DNA of 64,000 nt from an uncultured virus (IMG/VR IMGVR_UViG_3300042898_002828) (taxonomy: Duplodnaviria; Heunggongvirae; Uroviricota; Caudoviricetes; Crassvirales), in IMG/VR virus record IMGVR_UViG_3300042898_002828. One strand, written 5' to 3'. This document shows positions 59,894 through 64,000 of this stretch, piece after piece. The translations under genes were made by a program, and so were the position numbers. Every line of letters begins with the position of its first letter. Within the stretch, counting starts at the first letter, position 1. The notes under the pieces are model-generated. The model did not search any database. It saw only the letters and a program-made list of their open reading frames with translations, and was not told the origin of the DNA.

Positions 59894-60489
59894 GAGATTC
59901 CTGTATTTTTTACCGTAGTTTTTATGAATCAATTAACGAACTACCAGACATAAACAAATTAGAAATTTACAACGCTATTTTTAGCTATTCTTTGAACTTT
60001 ATTGAGCTTGAATTAACAGGTTTAAGTAAATCTATTTTTACATTAATAAAACCACAACTTGATGCTAATATCAAGCGTTTTAATAACGGTAATATACCAA
60101 AAGATAAGCAAACAAAAAGCAAAACAGAAGCAAAACAGAAGCAAAAAGAAAGCAAACGTGAAGCTAATAACAATGTAAATAACAATAACAATGTAAATGA
60201 TAATAAGAATAAAGAAGAAAAGATAAATTTTGATATTTTTTATAATTTATATGATAAAAAAGTAGATGGCAAGGATGCTAAATTAAAATGGGATAGATTA
60301 GATTTACAAACTCAACAACTAATATTATCGGTAGTTCCTAAATACATAAAATCCACCCCTGATAAGCAATTTAGAAAATCGCCTTTGGTTTACTTAAATA
60401 AAAAGGCATGGGAGGATGAAATTATTATAGAAAAAGAGTTTAACAAACCAGTACAAACATACAAAGAACCAATATCAAAATTATTATGA
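59890..60489 (+). CDS. replication initiator (DUF6291-like N-terminus)
   Basis: DSCIFYRSFYESI start, internal repeats, FDIFYNLYDKK...KSPLVYLNKKAWEDE; upstream of DnaB. Confidence 0.75.
   Translation: MRDSCIFYRSFYESINELPDINKLEIYNAIFSYSLNFIELELTGLSKSIFTLIKPQLDANIKRFNNGNIPKDKQTKSKTEAKQKQKESKREANNNVNNNNNVNDNKNKEEKINFDIFYNLYDKKVDGKDAKLKWDRLDLQTQQLILSVVPKYIKSTPDKQFRKSPLVYLNKKAWEDEIIIEKEFNKPVQTYKEPISKLL
60106..60210 (+). repeat. putative origin: 11-bp iterons plus AT-rich repeats
   Basis: AAGCAAA at 60106, 60117, 60128, 60139, 60150 and AAGCTAA at 60161; AACAATGTAAAT twice. Confidence 0.7.
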
Positions 60490-60710
60490 GAAAAATAAGA
60501 TTAGAATACTCAAGAGAGCAAGGATGTTTTCACTTTGAAAATGTTAATAAGGACAATAAAAATACATTTAGTTATTTTACAATTAAAAATGAGGTTGATA
60601 GTGATATAGCTTCTGAATTTGTAAAAATGTATGATAGTAAATATCCTAAAAGAAATATATCAATCCAGGCAATGAAAGATGAATTTAATAACTTTATCAA
60701 TGGAAGGTAA
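60486..60710 (+). CDS. hypothetical protein, apparent paralog of 58231-58491
   Basis: IRLEYSREQGCFHFEN versus YRLEFNEKQQNFHLDN. Confidence 0.6.
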   Translation: MRKIRLEYSREQGCFHFENVNKDNKNTFSYFTIKNEVDSDIASEFVKMYDSKYPKRNISIQAMKDEFNNFINGR

Positions 60711-62118
60711 ATTACCACCACAGGCAATAGATTTAGAAGAAATAGTAATAGGGGCTGCAATGCTTGAAAAAACGGCATTTGGTAAAGTATCAACTATTTT
60801 AGATAAAAAAGATTTTTATAAGGAGCAACATAGTATAGTTTGGGATATTATGAGTGAACTATATAATGAAAATTTACCAATAGATATTATGTCTGTTATT
60901 GAAAAGTTAAGGTCAAAAGGTAAATTAGATTTAATAGGTGGTGCGCATTTTATAAGCCAACTAACAATAAGGGTTGCTTCTGCTGCAAATATTGAATATC
61001 ATTCTACAATTATAAAACAGTTATCACTACAAAGAAATATTATTGAACTTTCAACGGATTATTTAAATAAAGCATGGGAAAATGGAATAGACCCTTTTGA
61101 ATTTAGTAAAGAATTTGCATGGAAACTTGAAAATATTACATCTTCACTTACTCCCGATATGAGAGATATAGGTAAAGTTGCTAAATTAACTTACAGTATG
61201 ATGCGTGAAGCAAGTTTAAATGAAAGTGATATAATTGGGTATCCAAGTTCAATAAGTGCCTTAAATGATAAATTATTAGGCTATTCTGCACCCGATTTTA
61301 CAATAGTTGCAGCAGGAACCGGAGAAGGTAAATCTACGTTTATGTTAAATGAAGTTAAGGCACTTGCAAAACAAGGCATTCCATGTGCTGTATTTAGTTT
61401 AGAAATGAACGATTATCAACTATTATGGAAAATGTTTAGTTCTGATTTAGATATAGATGTTAAAAGTATAAGAAAGGGTAAAATGGATGAAGGTAGATGG
61501 GATAGTTTAAGTGATAATGTTAAAGAATATGCAAAGATGCCAGTTTACTTTTATGATTCAGGGGGATTAACGATAGAAAAGTTTTGTGGTATTGTTAAAG
61601 AAGCTGTAAGGAAAAACGGTGTAAAAATGGTTTTTATAGATTATATACAGTTGCTTATGGTTCAAAATGCTAAAGACTTTGGTAATAGAGAGGGTCAGGT
61701 TAATTTTATATCTAAAAGGATTAAACGATTAGCAAGGGAATTAAGCATACCTATAATGGCTTTAAGTCAATTATCAAGATTAGAAAAAGGAACTAAAAGA
61801 AAATATAAACTTTCGGATTTAAGAGAATCTGGAGCATTAGAACAAGATTCAGATAACGTAATATTTTTATATAATCCATCTTATCATGGAGTTGAAGAAA
61901 TGGAATTTTATGATAAAAACGAAAACGGAAATTATGAGAAACAAACTATTGCATTTGATCATGAAGATTGTTTAATTTTGATAGAAAAATGCAGATTAGG
62001 AGAAACAGGAATAGTAAGATGTAAATTTAAAGGTAAATTTTCACGACATGAAGATTTACCAAATAGCCAACGAATACAAAAGACAGAAGATTTTAGTTTT
62101 AACGATAGACCTTTTTAA
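60700..62118 (+). CDS. dnaB: replicative DNA helicase
   Basis: GKLPPQAIDLEE, AAGTGEGKST, IDYIQL, LSQLSR, SDLRESGALEQDSD. Confidence 0.95.
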   Translation: MEGKLPPQAIDLEEIVIGAAMLEKTAFGKVSTILDKKDFYKEQHSIVWDIMSELYNENLPIDIMSVIEKLRSKGKLDLIGGAHFISQLTIRVASAANIEYHSTIIKQLSLQRNIIELSTDYLNKAWENGIDPFEFSKEFAWKLENITSSLTPDMRDIGKVAKLTYSMMREASLNESDIIGYPSSISALNDKLLGYSAPDFTIVAAGTGEGKSTFMLNEVKALAKQGIPCAVFSLEMNDYQLLWKMFSSDLDIDVKSIRKGKMDEGRWDSLSDNVKEYAKMPVYFYDSGGLTIEKFCGIVKEAVRKNGVKMVFIDYIQLLMVQNAKDFGNREGQVNFISKRIKRLARELSIPIMALSQLSRLEKGTKRKYKLSDLRESGALEQDSDNVIFLYNPSYHGVEEMEFYDKNENGNYEKQTIAFDHEDCLILIEKCRLGETGIVRCKFKGKFSRHEDLPNSQRIQKTEDFSFNDRPF

Positions 62119-62121
62119 AAT

Positions 62122-62394
62122 ATGATAAAGTGGATTAACAAACCTTACGGGAATTGTCCCGTACAAGCGGAAGGATATTTTTTGAATCATTATTTCTATT
62201 TTCGGGCAAAATGGGAATTTGTTGAGATAGAGTTTTACAAAACACAGGAAGACTTCTGGAGCAATGAACCTATAAAAGAATATCTTTTAATGAATACAGA
62301 AGAGTACAAAGCAGGATGGTTAAGCCACCGAAAATGTTATTTTTTGATAGTAAAAGGATTGATTAAATTTTCTTATTATATATTATTCAAATGA
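62122..62394 (+). CDS. hypothetical protein
   Basis: GNCPVQAEG...FYFRAKW. Confidence 0.6.
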   Translation: MIKWINKPYGNCPVQAEGYFLNHYFYFRAKWEFVEIEFYKTQEDFWSNEPIKEYLLMNTEEYKAGWLSHRKCYFLIVKGLIKFSYYILFK

Positions 62395-62544
62395 GTTGGA
62401 AATCTAAATATGAAGAAATATCAAAAAAGCGAATAGCTGAAATTGATAAATTAGAAAAAGAATTAGATGTATTTAATAAAAAGTACAGAGAGCTGGAGAA
62501 TAAATTAAGACAAGCCCTCGAACTTATCCAAAAATTAGAACCTA

Positions 62545-62877
62545 ATGATAAAAATAAATATTAAGCCTTTATCGGTTAATCAAGTTTGGCAGGGCAAACG
62601 ATTTAAGACACCTATTTATAAAAGCTATGAAACAAGTTGTTTATGGTTATTACCTACAATAGAAATACCAGCAGCACCTTATGAGTTTCATTATGAATTT
62701 GGATTTAGTTCTAAATTATCTGATTTGCTTAATCCTGAAAAACCAATTACGGATATAATTTGCAAACGATATGGAATAGATGACCGATATATTAATAGGA
62801 TGGTATTAGAAAAGGTTATGGTTAAAAAAGGTGAGGAATATATTAAATTTGAGATAACTCATGCAAAACCACGTTAA
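62545..62877 (+). CDS. RusA-like Holliday junction resolvase
   Basis: KPLSVNQVW, SDLLNPEKPITD, GIDDRYI. Confidence 0.75.
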   Translation: MIKINIKPLSVNQVWQGKRFKTPIYKSYETSCLWLLPTIEIPAAPYEFHYEFGFSSKLSDLLNPEKPITDIICKRYGIDDRYINRMVLEKVMVKKGEEYIKFEITHAKPR

Positions 62878-63136
62878 GGTTTACTTAAACCATTTCGGAT
62901 ATGGTGAAGATGATTTTATAAAATGTGAAAGACCCGAATGCAATAAAAGGGCAGTAGATATTATGCACCTTATACCACGTTCTAAGTTTGGTAAAAAAAG
63001 AAAAGATGAACAAGACCACATTACTAACCTTTTTGCAGGGTGTAGGTTATGTCATACAGCATTTGACGATGGGAAAAAATGGACATTAGAAGAAATGCAA
63101 AAAATACATTTATTTAATTTATCAAGATTAATATGA
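62861..63136 (+). CDS. HNH endonuclease-like protein
   Basis: CERPEC, DIMHLIPRS, NLFAGCRLCH. Confidence 0.7.
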   Translation: MQNHVKVYLNHFGYGEDDFIKCERPECNKRAVDIMHLIPRSKFGKKRKDEQDHITNLFAGCRLCHTAFDDGKKWTLEEMQKIHLFNLSRLI

Positions 63137-63906
63137 AAAAATACATATCATTTAGCGGTGGAGTTGAAAGTTCAACAATGGCAATACTTTATGGCAAAGG
63201 TGCTAAATTGATATGGGTAGATACCGGAGCAGAACATAAAGAACTTTATGACAGATTAGATATGTTTGAAAAATACATATTAGAACTACATAAAGGAGAT
63301 TGTGAATTAATCCGTTTAAAAGGTTCTTATTCTACTAAAGGTGTAAAAGTAGATAGTTTGATTGATGCGATAAGAATAGGACAATTTATGCCATCAGGCC
63401 AAAAAAGATTTTGCACATCAGCATTTAAAATTAAACCTATTGATAATTATTTAAAGTCACTTGGCGAAGTAGAACTTATGATAGGTTTTAATTTGGATGA
63501 AGAAGGTAGGACAGGAAACCTTGAAAAAATATCAAGTATTAATTACACATATCCTTTAATTAATGATGGCTACACAAGAAAAGACTGTGAAGCTATTTTA
63601 GAATTTCACGGAATGCACCCATCTTTTCCTGTTTATATGAATAGAGGAGGCTGTAAGATGTGTTTTTATAAGTCACAAAAAGAATACAAAGCAATGTATT
63701 ATTTAGACCGTGATACTTTTAATGAAATTAAAGAATTAGAAAATAATATTCAAGATAAAAGAACTAAGCGTTTTTCAATTATGGAATCAGGCAAATCAAT
63801 GAATCAACTAGAACAAGAGTGCAAAGAAGAAATACCATTTGATTTTACCGAAATTTATAAAGATAGGGAGAGCAATCGTTCTTGTGGAGCATTTTGTAGA
63901 AGATAG
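63133..63906 (+). CDS. PAPS-reductase-family (PP-loop) protein
   Basis: ISFSGGVES, VDTGAEH, RFCT..FKIKP, YPLI, GCKMC. Confidence 0.75.
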   Translation: MKKYISFSGGVESSTMAILYGKGAKLIWVDTGAEHKELYDRLDMFEKYILELHKGDCELIRLKGSYSTKGVKVDSLIDAIRIGQFMPSGQKRFCTSAFKIKPIDNYLKSLGEVELMIGFNLDEEGRTGNLEKISSINYTYPLINDGYTRKDCEAILEFHGMHPSFPVYMNRGGCKMCFYKSQKEYKAMYYLDRDTFNEIKELENNIQDKRTKRFSIMESGKSMNQLEQECKEEIPFDFTEIYKDRESNRSCGAFCRR

Positions 63907-64000
63907 TATGACATACAAAGGATTTAAAATAGAACTAAACGAGTATTACAATTGGCGATACCCAAATACAAAATATTTATATTATAGTATTAATGATTGT

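Noticed and set aside
1..64000. Stop-codon reassignment, DGR, introns/inteins as in some crAss-like phages
   Set aside because: Long genes are intact in the standard code; no reverse transcriptase, TR/VR pair or intein motifs were noticed

Overview
The window is most of an AT-rich, podovirus-like tailed-phage genome. Its host is probably in the Bacteroidota, judging from the TAnnTTTG promoters and the portal/scaffold/MCP/ring/stabilisation gene order reminiscent of crAss-like and Flavobacterium phages. Layout: the end of a + strand replication/recombination block (1-1770); a long - strand late block (1848-46033) with lysis genes, tail fibres, phage GroES/GroEL, a 4171-aa polyvalent virion protein (ART-, JAB- and PRTase-like domains), tail/ring proteins, MCP, scaffold, portal and terminase; a glycosyltransferase/methyltransferase cluster (46551-51524); a ~1 kb non-coding skew-switch region with a dif-like site (51525-52540); small + strand early genes; and a replication module (initiator with 11-bp iterons, DnaB, RusA-like, HNH, PAPS-reductase-like). 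The strongest unexplained signals are non-coding. They are (i) an integron-like cassette with mutually complementary core sites and attC-like hairpins, (ii) two unrelated leaders sharing a promoter + uORF + pseudoknot architecture ahead of initiator/HTH genes, (iii) a XerCD dif-like site, (iv) a 19-bp Fur-box-like palindrome repeated four times near early promoters, and (v) sigma54-like motifs plus a stand-alone NtrC-type HTH. All calls come from reading motifs by eye; no searches were run.
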